Shown here piece by piece: positions 41,516 through 50,429 of a DNA stretch of 58,820 bases (within the stretch, counting starts at the first letter, position 1; every line of letters starts with the position of its first letter). The notes beneath the pieces were generated by a model. It did no database searches. It was given only the letters and a program-made list of their open reading frames with translations, and had not been told where the DNA came from. Made by a program: the position numbers and the translations under genes. The DNA is taken from NCBI GenBank assembly GCA_000996085.1, contig LBYG01000002.1, forward strand, positions 1 through 58,820, written 5' to 3'. The stretch comes from Parcubacteria group bacterium GW2011_GWB1_40_14. Lineage in GTDB: Bacteria > Patescibacteriota > Minisyncoccia > Terrybacterales > GWB1-40-14.

Positions 41516-42847
41516 ATGGTTTTGATAAAATCCTTGAACTTTGACAAGAGCGGAGCGCAAAAAATGTCTGTTAAATCAGATGATTCAATAAGCGTTTCTT
41601 TTGTAACCCGTTTACGTAATCGGATAGCCGGAACAGATTTCTTTTATTTGGCAGGTCCAATCGAATCTAAAAAAGCCAAACAGCAAAGCGGTGAATGGCG
41701 TGAGCAATACGCATCAGATCTTGAAGAGCTTGGCAACGAAGTCGGTTTTAAGTTAAGAACGTTTGATCCGTCAAAGGAAGAACCAGATTTACTGGGTTAT
41801 TCTTTTGAAGGTTGGGGTAATCTCAAAACTGCTTTGCGTATTAAGAAAGATTTCAAAACCTTCCGAAGAATGATGAGCGCGGTAATACATTTGGATCTAA
41901 AAAAAGTAACAAGAAGCCGCATGCTCATCATAAGATGGAAAAATGAGATCCCGGCGGTTGGAACCATGCATGAACTATTGTATGCGCGAGATCTGGGCAT
42001 ACCAACGGTTATTATTTTTGAAGATAAACGCGAGGAAATGAATCCTTGGTTAGATTGTCTTACCGCAGAGTTGAATATAAATATTTTTTACTCTTGGCCT
42101 GAATTTCTTGCAGACCTGCACGATAAATATAATCATATGTTGGCCCCCCGGCCGTTTTCCAATTTTAGCGGAAAAAGGTCTTCAAGGGTTTATGATTCTA
42201 AGTTTCCTGAAGAGTCGGCCAAAAGACGCATTATTTTTTTGATCGGGCCTCCTCTTTACGGCAAGACCACGCAGGCTGAAGAATTGGCTAAGCTTTTGAA
42301 CTTGCGTCATATCGAAACCAGCCAGCTTATACGCGAAGCGATAAGTATGGTTCCGGATAATATGCCCGAAGGTATTGATAGAGGGATCAATCTTTACGGC
42401 CATTATTATTCTCTTGTTGAAGAGAAGCGAAAATACGACGCTAAAGAATTAAACGACAGCAATTTCGTTTTTGGACTTATTACGCATGCTTTGGAAGAAG
42501 CGCGCGCAGCCAACGATGGGGTTGTTTTTAGCGGTTCTCCACGCAAGATACAGGAAGCCGATAAGCTTATTCCTATTTTAAGAGAAATGTTTCCCGACGC
42601 TCTTTTTAGTGCGTTTGAGCTTACTAACTTACCCAAGAAGGTTTTGCTTCAAAGGGCGGCTGCCCGCCAAAGAGCTTTGGGTTTTGATACCCCCGAAGCA
42701 ATTGCGCACCGTATGGAAATTTTTGAAGAGCAAACGCGCCCTGTCATTAAGCACGTTGAAAATCAGCACGGGATATCTGTGAAGAAAATAAAAGCTAATC
42801 AGTCGATAGCTCACGTTACACGACTGATATTACAAGAAATAGAATAA
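41516..42847 (+). CDS. Fusion protein: N-terminal nucleoside 2-deoxyribosyltransferase-like domain and C-terminal adenylate-kinase-like domain
   Basis: N-terminal FFYLAGPIE and PAVGTMHELLYARDLGIPTVII (NDT-fold motifs). C-terminal LIGPPLYGKTTQAEELA..IETSQLIREA, FSGSPRKIQEADKL and RMEIFEEQTRPVI (Adk motifs). The start may be ATG 41564. Confidence 0.7.
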   Translation: MVLIKSLNFDKSGAQKMSVKSDDSISVSFVTRLRNRIAGTDFFYLAGPIESKKAKQQSGEWREQYASDLEELGNEVGFKLRTFDPSKEEPDLLGYSFEGWGNLKTALRIKKDFKTFRRMMSAVIHLDLKKVTRSRMLIIRWKNEIPAVGTMHELLYARDLGIPTVIIFEDKREEMNPWLDCLTAELNINIFYSWPEFLADLHDKYNHMLAPRPFSNFSGKRSSRVYDSKFPEESAKRRIIFLIGPPLYGKTTQAEELAKLLNLRHIETSQLIREAISMVPDNMPEGIDRGINLYGHYYSLVEEKRKYDAKELNDSNFVFGLITHALEEARAANDGVVFSGSPRKIQEADKLIPILREMFPDALFSAFELTNLPKKVLLQRAAARQRALGFDTPEAIAHRMEIFEEQTRPVIKHVENQHGISVKKIKANQSIAHVTRLILQEIE

Positions 42848-42849
42848 CC

Positions 42850-42871
42850 AAACTCCACAAAAGTGGAGTTT
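42850..42871 (+). terminator. Terminator AAACTCCAC-aaaa-GTGGAGTTT plus T run
   Basis: Hairpin directly after the stop codon. Confidence 0.7.
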
Positions 42872-42915
42872 TATTTTTATTGCTAAAAAGCTTAAATTAT
42901 TGTAAAATATAGTTT

Positions 42916-44040
42916 ATGGGAAAATATGCAGATAAAAAAGTTTATACTGAGCAGGGTCGAAGTGTATTTGTGGGTTTGTCCGGAGGGGTAGACAGTTCTG
43001 TATCCGCAGCTTTGCTTAAGGAACAGGGATATCAAGTTACGGGTGTTTTTTTAAAATGTTGGTCCAGTGAATTTGCGGGCTTTTCCGCCGAAGGCGGATC
43101 CGCCTCTGGCGGAGGTGAATGGGATTGTCCGTGGGAGCGTGATCAAGCCGATGCACAAGCGGTTGCTGAAAAATTAGGGATACCGTTCCGTTCTTTAAAT
43201 TTGGAGCAGGAATATTGGCAAAATGTTTCAAAGCCAATGATCGACGGATATGCTAAGGGTTTAACCCCAAACCCCGATGTTTTATGTAATAAGGAAATAA
43301 AATTTGGTTTGTTTCTAGAATATGCCCTGGCACAAGGAGCCGATTTTATCGCAACAGGTCATTACGTTAGAAAATCTCAAAATAATGAGTTGTTAAGAGG
43401 TTCGGATCCGAACAAAGACCAGTCTTATTTTTTGTGGATGTTAACTAAAGAGCAGGTTGCGCATAGTCTTTTTCCGATAGGCGAATATAAGAAATCAGAA
43501 GTTCGTAGTTTAGCTAAAAAATTTAATTTGCCAACCGCTGAAAAACCGGATAGCCAGGGAATATGTTTTGTGGGGAATATTACAATAAGAGAATTTCTTA
43601 AACACTATATCAAAGAGAAACCAGGAGAAGTACTTACAACTCAAGGAAAAATTGTAGGTAAGCACGAAGGTGCGGCTTTTTACACTAAAGGTCAACGTAA
43701 GGGCGTGGGTGTATATGGAGCAGGTACGCCTTATTATGTTGCAAGGAAAGATATGACCACAAATACGGTTGTTGTGGTGCCGCCATCTGATATAGAGGAG
43801 CTTTATCAAAAAGAAGCAAGCATTAAAGGTATCAATTGGTTATCAGGCGATCAGCCAAAATTACCGTTTAAATGCTTATGCCGTATACGATATAGACAGG
43901 AGTTGCAGAATTGTACTGTGACTGAGATTAAAGACGGCATAGCCTATTTAAAGTTTGATAAACCTCAAAAAGCTGTAACCGAAGGACAGTCAGTTGTCTT
44001 TTATCTGGATGACCTTGTTATTGGCGGGGGAATTTTATAG
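42916..44040 (+). CDS. mnmA: tRNA 2-thiouridine(34) synthase MnmA (with a Gly-rich insertion)
   Basis: PP-loop GLSGGVDSS, NPDVLCN, GICF. Insert SEFAGFSAEGGSASGGGEW. Confidence 0.9.
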   Translation: MGKYADKKVYTEQGRSVFVGLSGGVDSSVSAALLKEQGYQVTGVFLKCWSSEFAGFSAEGGSASGGGEWDCPWERDQADAQAVAEKLGIPFRSLNLEQEYWQNVSKPMIDGYAKGLTPNPDVLCNKEIKFGLFLEYALAQGADFIATGHYVRKSQNNELLRGSDPNKDQSYFLWMLTKEQVAHSLFPIGEYKKSEVRSLAKKFNLPTAEKPDSQGICFVGNITIREFLKHYIKEKPGEVLTTQGKIVGKHEGAAFYTKGQRKGVGVYGAGTPYYVARKDMTTNTVVVVPPSDIEELYQKEASIKGINWLSGDQPKLPFKCLCRIRYRQELQNCTVTEIKDGIAYLKFDKPQKAVTEGQSVVFYLDDLVIGGGIL

Positions 44041-44078
44041 AATCAAAATAAAATCAAAGCGCTAATTAAGGAAGTCCA

Positions 44079-44729
44079 ATGGATCCTCCCGAGATTCAGC
44101 ATCTAAAAGACCGTTTCTTTGAAATAAAAAAAACATACGTAGATCCGGCATGGCTGAGCCCAAATGCGCACAGGAAACTTACGGATTATGCCGTCAGAGC
44201 TCGACAACTCAAAGCTTTTATTTTAGCTGCGCAAATATATATTTTTATCGGCGAAAAAAGAGAAATCGAAAAAATGATCTATGAGATTTTTAAGAATGAT
44301 GAATTTGCTTTGGGTTCATATTTGGTTGTGAATTATGCAGAATCTGAAAATAAGTATAAATTCGCTAAAATATTGGAGTCAGGCTATGACGAATGGTACT
44401 GGGCTGCAGCAATCTGGCATGCAATCGCGGATGAGCGAAAACTATTTTGTTTTGGTATTAGAGCGTATCTTGCAGCGATCAAATATTCTCAAGAAGAAGA
44501 ATTTAGTTTAGCAAAAGATGCTTTCGGGGAGTCTATATATGCATTTTCAAAATTAAAATTTTCTTCAGTCTTTAGTCTTGGCGAAAATCCTGAACATATC
44601 GTAAGGCGCATAATATCAGTGATGGGACAATTTCTTCCTGATGAACACGCGAACTATGTTGCTCGTTATATAGAAACAAACGAAGATAATAATGATTATT
44701 TTGGCGATGAATTCGCCGGAACTTTATAA
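44079..44729 (+). CDS. Hypothetical soluble protein
   Basis: Long ORF with the only clear SD-like sequence seen in the window (AAGGAAG). No family recognised. Confidence 0.5.
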   Translation: MDPPEIQHLKDRFFEIKKTYVDPAWLSPNAHRKLTDYAVRARQLKAFILAAQIYIFIGEKREIEKMIYEIFKNDEFALGSYLVVNYAESENKYKFAKILESGYDEWYWAAAIWHAIADERKLFCFGIRAYLAAIKYSQEEEFSLAKDAFGESIYAFSKLKFSSVFSLGENPEHIVRRIISVMGQFLPDEHANYVARYIETNEDNNDYFGDEFAGTL

Positions 44730-44754
44730 CCCCTGCGCTAATATGGCGCAGGGG
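44730..44754 (+). terminator. Terminator CCCCTGCGC-N7-GCGCAGGGG plus T run
   Basis: GC stem immediately after the stop codon. Confidence 0.8.
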
Positions 44755-44783
44755 TATTTTTATTGTTATTATGCATTTTAGAT

Positions 44784-46625
44784 ATGAATTCTAAAGAAAT
44801 ACGCGAAAAATTCCTGAAATTTTTTGAAGATAAAGGACATACTATAGTCCCTTCTTCTTCACTTGTGCCTGAGGATCCTTCGGTTCTTTTGACCACTGCC
44901 GGCATGCAACAATTTAAGTCTTATTACGGTGAATTGGATCCGGATAAAACCATTCATTCTAATCTCGGGAAACCTGTAGGGAAAAACGCTGTTTCAATAC
45001 AAAAGTCTTTTAGAACCTCCGATATTGATGAGGTTGGTGACGAAAGCCATCTTACTTTTTTTGAAATGATGGGCAATTTTAGCTTTGGAGGATATTTTAA
45101 GGAAAAAGCAATTGAATTAGCCCACGAATTCCTTACTAAAGAGCTTGGATTGAAAATTTCTTATGTAACTGTCTTTGAGGGCAATAATTCTATTGGCGTT
45201 CCCGAAGATAAAGATTCTGCGGCAATATGGCAAAAGATCGATCCATCCATAAGGATTGAAAAACAAGGAATGGAAGATGTTTTTTGGGGACCGACAGGAA
45301 ATTCAGGACCATGTGGTCCGACCACTGAGGTTTATTTTGAAAATGCACAAGGGCAGGACGTAGAAACTTGGAATCTTGTTTTCAATGAATATTTTTATCC
45401 CGGTTCACGCGAAGAACTTTTAAGCGGAGTTTCAGAAAAAAAACTGGAGAAATTAAAAACGCCGGGAGTTGATACTGGAATGGGCCTTGAGCGAATTATG
45501 ATGGCGGTTCAAAATACAAAAAATATTTTTGAAACGGATTTGTTTACAGTTCCTTTTCCAAATTTAATCGAAGGAGTCGATGTAAAAAGTTATAGAATAA
45601 TCGCGGATCATTTACGAGGAAGCGTATTCTTAATTGCTGATGGAGTGAAGGTATCTAATAAGGGAGCGGGATACATACTTCGAAGGTTAATCCGTAGAAC
45701 AATAGTACAAGCAAAAACTGTTTCTTTGCCAGCAGAAGCTTTAGAGGTGCTTTTCAATAATGCTATAGATTTTTATGGAGGTTTTTATAAGGGACTTTTA
45801 GATCAAAAAAATAATATTCTTAGTATTTTTTTGGAAGAACAAAAGAGATTTAATAAAACACTTGATGTAGGATTAAAAGAATTTTTAAAAAAATATCCAG
45901 AACTCGAAGCTCAATTTATTGAACCAGGAAAACCGTTAAAAGTTCATCAAGCTAATAAAATATCAGGTGAGGATGCCTTTTATTTCCATCAAACTTATGG
46001 ATTTACATTAGATACAATAAGAGATTTAGCTAGGCGAGGTCTACACGAGATAGATATAGATGAAAAAGCTTTTGAAGAGGCATTTAAAAAACATCAAGAA
46101 ATTTCTAGAGCGGGCATAGAAAGAAAATTCGGCGGACACGGATTGCTTTTAGATACCGGAGAATTAAAGGCCGCCGATGAAGAAGAGCTTAAAAAGGTTA
46201 CCCGTCTTCACACCGCAACGCATATGTTACAGGCCGCTTTAAGACAGGTTTTGGGGCCAGAAGTGCATCAAATGGGTTCTGATATTACAGCAGAACGTCT
46301 GCGTTTTGACTTTACTTTTCCGCGGAAAGTAACACCCGAGGAAATAAGTTCAGTAGAGGATTTGATAAATCAAAAAATAAAAGAGGATTTAACTGTGAAT
46401 ATTATTGAGGTGCCAATTGAGGAAGCAAAAGCTTCGGGGGCTCTTACGGTTGAGCGTGCAAAATATGCGCCCATGGTTAAAGTGTATTCTATTGAAAATT
46501 TTTCAAAAGAAGTATGCGGAGGACCGCATGTTGCTCATACCGGCGAGGTGGTAAACTTCAAAATTACAAAAGAAGAGGCATCTTCTGCTGGAGTTAGACG
46601 CATACGCGCACAAGTGGCTGATTAA
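44784..46625 (+). CDS. alaS: Alanine--tRNA ligase, short form (catalytic and editing domains, no C-Ala domain)
   Basis: FFEMMGNFSFGGYFK. Editing motifs HTATHML and CGGPHV. ATG 44784 (MNSKEIREKF) preferred over the TTG at 44763. Confidence 0.9.
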   Translation: MNSKEIREKFLKFFEDKGHTIVPSSSLVPEDPSVLLTTAGMQQFKSYYGELDPDKTIHSNLGKPVGKNAVSIQKSFRTSDIDEVGDESHLTFFEMMGNFSFGGYFKEKAIELAHEFLTKELGLKISYVTVFEGNNSIGVPEDKDSAAIWQKIDPSIRIEKQGMEDVFWGPTGNSGPCGPTTEVYFENAQGQDVETWNLVFNEYFYPGSREELLSGVSEKKLEKLKTPGVDTGMGLERIMMAVQNTKNIFETDLFTVPFPNLIEGVDVKSYRIIADHLRGSVFLIADGVKVSNKGAGYILRRLIRRTIVQAKTVSLPAEALEVLFNNAIDFYGGFYKGLLDQKNNILSIFLEEQKRFNKTLDVGLKEFLKKYPELEAQFIEPGKPLKVHQANKISGEDAFYFHQTYGFTLDTIRDLARRGLHEIDIDEKAFEEAFKKHQEISRAGIERKFGGHGLLLDTGELKAADEEELKKVTRLHTATHMLQAALRQVLGPEVHQMGSDITAERLRFDFTFPRKVTPEEISSVEDLINQKIKEDLTVNIIEVPIEEAKASGALTVERAKYAPMVKVYSIENFSKEVCGGPHVAHTGEVVNFKITKEEASSAGVRRIRAQVAD

Positions 46626-46708
46626 AAGGTTTAAATCGATGAAAAAAATTAATCCACAGATGTAAATGAATTGAAAGAGATGAATAAAAATCATATAATA
46701 GAGTGGTA

Positions 46709-47929
46709 ATGCGGTTTTCCAACTTTTTAGATTCTTCACCTAAATATACGCGATTGCTTATAGCTCCCGATGGTTTAAAATCCAATGTTTTTGGCCTAGA
46801 CACAGAACAAAAATTGCATCGTTCAACAATTACTCTTGATGTTGCGCAGAACAATGCAGATAATTATGCCTTTGCTCCTTGGTTAAACCAAGAAGAGCAA
46901 ATTTTTTATAAAATCAAGGAACAATTCGGAAAGATATCTGATTCATGGCTGACTGTAGCCTTTCCTGCCGGCGTTTGCCGTTTTATTCCGATGACTTTTC
47001 ATTTAAATCGTTCACGTCCTTCGGATAAAATTGATGAACGCGAGATTCAAAATGAAGTTTATCAGATACTACAAAACGCAAGAGAAAACTTACGGAAAGA
47101 ATTATTGCGAGAGGGGGGCGGCAGTTTTGTTTTGGTGGATGCCATAATGGCTGATTTTAAAATTGATGGTTATTCGGTTTATAATCCTGTGGGTTTGAAG
47201 GGCGCGACTATCGAGGCGAAACTTTTAGCTGTTTTTTCTTTTGCTGAAGCCGTTAATTTTGCTCAAAAACTTGCAAAGAAATTAGAAGTTAATTATTTGC
47301 ACCAAACTGCTTTTGCGGCCCTGGTTGCACCGACCATCTCTCCAATGTTGCGTACCGATCGTGTTGGCTGCGGAATATTTTTGCGCAATGACGCTACAGA
47401 TATTTTACTTTTTAATTCCGGCGCGCTCAGTTCCGTATTTACAATTTCTGTTGGAAGAGATATTTTTACTCATTTACTTGCAGAAGCTTTTGTTCTGCCC
47501 GCGCAAGAAGCTGAGCGAGTTTTGGTTGCGGATGCCCAGGGAGTTTTAAGCCGAAGCATGAACACAAGAATAAGAAAAATACTCACTCCCGCTATGCGCC
47601 ATTGGTTGAGCGCACTCGAACTTATTTTTAACGAAAGGATCTATAAAAATAATTTAATGCCATCAAGAATGGTTCTTTCAGGCAGCGTTCCTTATCCAAA
47701 AGATATAATGGTTAATTTTGGATTGTATTCCCAAGAAATTAAAAATTCGCGTGCTGTAATTCAACCCGATAATCTATTTTCTTCAATTGCGACGAAAGAA
47801 TTAGCCGAATATAATTTATCTAATCTTATTTATCCCTGGATAGTAAATAAGGTTAAACCTCAAAAAGCTATTATCGGTCCGGCACTAACATTAAAGGTCT
47901 TTCCCGTAGCGCATCCCTTAAAAAGTTGA
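46709..47929 (+). CDS. Divergent FtsA/actin-fold-like protein
   Basis: FtsA-like segments LVDAIMADFKIDGYSVYNPVGLKG and GCGIFLRNDATDILLFNSGAL..ISVGRDIFTHLLAEAF. The canonical phosphate-binding DxGxGTT motifs are not conserved. Confidence 0.45.
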   Translation: MRFSNFLDSSPKYTRLLIAPDGLKSNVFGLDTEQKLHRSTITLDVAQNNADNYAFAPWLNQEEQIFYKIKEQFGKISDSWLTVAFPAGVCRFIPMTFHLNRSRPSDKIDEREIQNEVYQILQNARENLRKELLREGGGSFVLVDAIMADFKIDGYSVYNPVGLKGATIEAKLLAVFSFAEAVNFAQKLAKKLEVNYLHQTAFAALVAPTISPMLRTDRVGCGIFLRNDATDILLFNSGALSSVFTISVGRDIFTHLLAEAFVLPAQEAERVLVADAQGVLSRSMNTRIRKILTPAMRHWLSALELIFNERIYKNNLMPSRMVLSGSVPYPKDIMVNFGLYSQEIKNSRAVIQPDNLFSSIATKELAEYNLSNLIYPWIVNKVKPQKAIIGPALTLKVFPVAHPLKS

Positions 47930-47931
47930 TT

Positions 47932-49611
47932 ATGATAACTATATCAATTTCTCAAGACGAAGAATTATTGTCTGTTATAGATAAAATAGTGACCTCTACC
48001 CAGCCGGAAATTCGGCTGGTTGTTCCAAACGGAGCTCGGATTTTAGAAAGCGTTGAAAACTTCTCTTTAATTAAGCGTGAAGCTGAAGCCGCGGGTAAGA
48101 CGGTTTCTGTGGCTACCGGGGATCCGCGAGCCCGTTCTTTTGCTCAAGCTGCCGGTTTGGCGGTTTTCGCCGTATCTTTGCAGTCATATGAAGAGAATGA
48201 ATTGAATTATTTCCGGCCTCGTATGTCTGATATATTGCCACCTTCGGCTTTTATAAAACACTCTCAACCGCCAGATCAGGAAGTCGCCCCAACAATGCAT
48301 TTTATAAAAGAACCCAAGGTTCAGCGTGCGCCCGCAAAACTGGAAGAAATTAAGGAAGAACATGAAATTTTGGATAGAAAAGAATTTTTTCCAAAAACTG
48401 AAGTTACTCAAATTAAGAATGATGAAGAAGAAAAAATCCCTGTTGCCGCAAAAATTTCTTTTCGCGCCGTAGTTCATAAGCTGGAATCATGGCCCATTTT
48501 ACTTGTCATAGGCGGAGCTTTGGCTGCGGTGGTTGTGGCTTATGCTTTGTTTTTTTCGCCCAGAGCAGAACTTTCAATAGTTCCACGTAGCGATGACTTT
48601 TCATCTAATTTTACTTTTAATGTTGCTGTTAATCCCGGAGCCGAAGATATCGCAGGACAATCCGTAGAAATTGAAAAAGAAGGAGTGGGAGAAGTTTCAG
48701 CTTCCGGCTCTGCCGTTGTTGAAGATAAAGCTACCGGAACAGTTAAAATTTTTAACGCATATAGTTCAGCCCCTCAAACACTTGTTGATACAACCAGATT
48801 AGTATCTCAAGACGGAAAACTTTTTAGAACTTCTGCAACCGTTGTTATTCCGGGAGCAACTATTGAGGACGGCGAAATAATTCCTTCGTCAATTGATGTT
48901 CCCGTTATAGCCGGTGAACCCGGTTCGGAATACAACATAGGCCCGGCAACTTTTTCTATTCCCGGCTTTCAAGGTACGCCCAAATATACCAAGTTTTATG
49001 GACGTTCAAGTGTCGCAATGTCCGGTGGAGCCAAGGGAACCGTAAAAGTTATTACTGCTGAAGATGTAAAGAAAGCTGAAGAGGCGGCAACAAAGGATGT
49101 GTTGGCGCAAGCTGAAAAGGAATTTGCAGAAAAAATTCCTGACGGTTTTCTTCTTTTGGATGACGCTAAATTTATGAATCAGGAAACACTTTCGAATCAA
49201 GAAACAGATGACAAGGCCGATTCAGTGAAGGCTGTTTCAAAAGTTAAGATAAGAGCTCTACTTTTCCGGGAAGAAGATATACACGTTAAAATAAATGCAA
49301 TGTTGAGCGAACAATTTTCTGCACAGGTTGAGCCGGTTGCCGATAGCGTTAAAATAGATTATACGGTGCCCAGCCTTGATTTAGATAAAGGCACAATGAA
49401 ACTTGCTGTTAATGTTAATGAAAAGGTGGCCTGGAAGGTGGATGTTGAGGATATAAAACAGCAAATTGCCGGGAAGTCTGAAGAGGAGATTAAAAAAATA
49501 ATCGGATCAAGAAGCGATATTGCTTCAGGAGTAGTGACTTTCAGGCCAGGCTGGGCAGATACAGCGCCTGAAGATATTTCACGCATTACTATCAAGTTAC
49601 TGTCAAATTAA
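47932..49611 (+). CDS. Bitopic membrane protein of unknown function, tightly coupled to the FtsA-like gene
   Basis: Cytoplasmic N-terminal region, TM helix WPILLVIGGALAAVVVAYALFF, large extracytoplasmic domain. The start overlaps or abuts the upstream stop codon. Confidence 0.55.
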   Translation: MITISISQDEELLSVIDKIVTSTQPEIRLVVPNGARILESVENFSLIKREAEAAGKTVSVATGDPRARSFAQAAGLAVFAVSLQSYEENELNYFRPRMSDILPPSAFIKHSQPPDQEVAPTMHFIKEPKVQRAPAKLEEIKEEHEILDRKEFFPKTEVTQIKNDEEEKIPVAAKISFRAVVHKLESWPILLVIGGALAAVVVAYALFFSPRAELSIVPRSDDFSSNFTFNVAVNPGAEDIAGQSVEIEKEGVGEVSASGSAVVEDKATGTVKIFNAYSSAPQTLVDTTRLVSQDGKLFRTSATVVIPGATIEDGEIIPSSIDVPVIAGEPGSEYNIGPATFSIPGFQGTPKYTKFYGRSSVAMSGGAKGTVKVITAEDVKKAEEAATKDVLAQAEKEFAEKIPDGFLLLDDAKFMNQETLSNQETDDKADSVKAVSKVKIRALLFREEDIHVKINAMLSEQFSAQVEPVADSVKIDYTVPSLDLDKGTMKLAVNVNEKVAWKVDVEDIKQQIAGKSEEEIKKIIGSRSDIASGVVTFRPGWADTAPEDISRITIKLLSN

Positions 49612-49625
49612 CGGCTGACGGGTTG

Positions 49626-49750
49626 ACCCTGTTAGAAGTTTGCGGGAGTTTAGTAAAGGACGATATAGTTAAAGTAATAATCATCTATTAAAATAGAGAA
49701 AAAGACGTAGTCTTTTTCTAATTGATTTACTCGCAAAGTTCTAACGGGGT
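49626..49750. repeat. Inverted-arm element, family 2, copy X4
   Basis: Arms ACCCTGTTAGAAGTTTGCG and CGCAAAGTTCTAACGGGGT. Internal hairpin AGAAAAAGAC-gta-GTCTTTTTCT at 49696-49718. Confidence 0.7.
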
Positions 49751-49777
49751 TGACAGTAAAGGCCTAAATATGATAAT
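49750..49777 (+). promoter_or_regulatory. Candidate promoter TTGACA-N16-GATAAT upstream of infA
   Basis: Hexamers at 49750-49755 and 49772-49777. The -35 abuts the right arm of X4. Confidence 0.4.
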
Positions 49778-49780
49778 CTC

Positions 49781-49809
49781 GGTTTTGTTGCCTCTTTGGC
49801 AGCAAAACC
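49781..49809 (+). terminator. 12-bp hairpin GGTTTTGTTGCC-N5-GGCAGCAAAACC followed by ATTTTATTTATTT
   Basis: Shape of an intrinsic terminator. Its position just after the candidate promoter makes the role ambiguous. Confidence 0.45.
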
Positions 49810-49851
49810 ATTTTATTTATTTGCATAACAGTTTAGACATTCAATTTATAT

Positions 49852-50064
49852 ATGGGAGTTAAAGGTTTACGTAAGTCCGGAATGGTGGCAGAAGCATTAC
49901 CTGCGACACTTTTTAAAGTTTTACTGGATGATGGAACACATATTTTGGCGCATCTTTCCGGTAAAATGCGCGTAAATTTTATAAGAATTATGCCAGGCGA
50001 CCGGGTTGTAGTAGAAATGCCCGACGAGAATTCTGCTCGTGGTCGTATTGTTTACCGCGAATAA
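49852..50064 (+). CDS. infA: Translation initiation factor IF-1
   Basis: VAEALPATLFKVLLDDGTHILAHLSGKMRVNFIRIMPGDRVVVEM..RGRIVYR. Confidence 0.9.
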   Translation: MGVKGLRKSGMVAEALPATLFKVLLDDGTHILAHLSGKMRVNFIRIMPGDRVVVEMPDENSARGRIVYRE

Positions 50065-50071
50065 ATCTATG

Positions 50072-50199
50072 CCAGGTAGTGAAAATTCGACCGTTTCGCG
50101 TAGCGAAACAAAATTATCTGGTAATTTGTTAAAGTTAGTATTATATTTTTATCAAAAAGTTCGATGATTAAGTTTTAAAGTCGAATTTCTACTACCTGG
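50072..50199 (+). repeat. Inverted-arm element, family 1, copy C
   Basis: Arms CCAGGTAGTGAAAATTCGAC and GTCGAATTTCTACTACCTGG. Hairpin GTTTCGC-gta-GCGAAAC. TATG flanks at 50068-50071 and 50200-50203. Confidence 0.8.
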
Positions 50200-50200
50200 T

Positions 50201-50314
50201 ATGAAAGTAAGAGCATCAGTTAAAAAAATGTGTCGAGATTGCAAAATCGTCCGAAGAAGGGGACGAGTTGCTGTTATTTGCAAGAATCCTAAACATAAAC
50301 AACGACAAGGATAA
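50201..50314 (+). CDS. rpmJ: Ribosomal protein L36 (not in the ORF track because it is under 60 aa)
   Basis: Hand translation: [37 protein letters not shown]. Confidence 0.9.
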   Translation: MKVRASVKKMCRDCKIVRRRGRVAVICKNPKHKQRQG

Positions 50315-50429
50315 ACGACCTTATAGCCTAAGCTAAAAAGTAAAAACGAAAAATTAAAAAGTAATGTTAGTCGCCTTCGACGACTCATCAAAATTTTACA
50401 CTTTTCATTTTAAATTTTAAATTTGAAAC

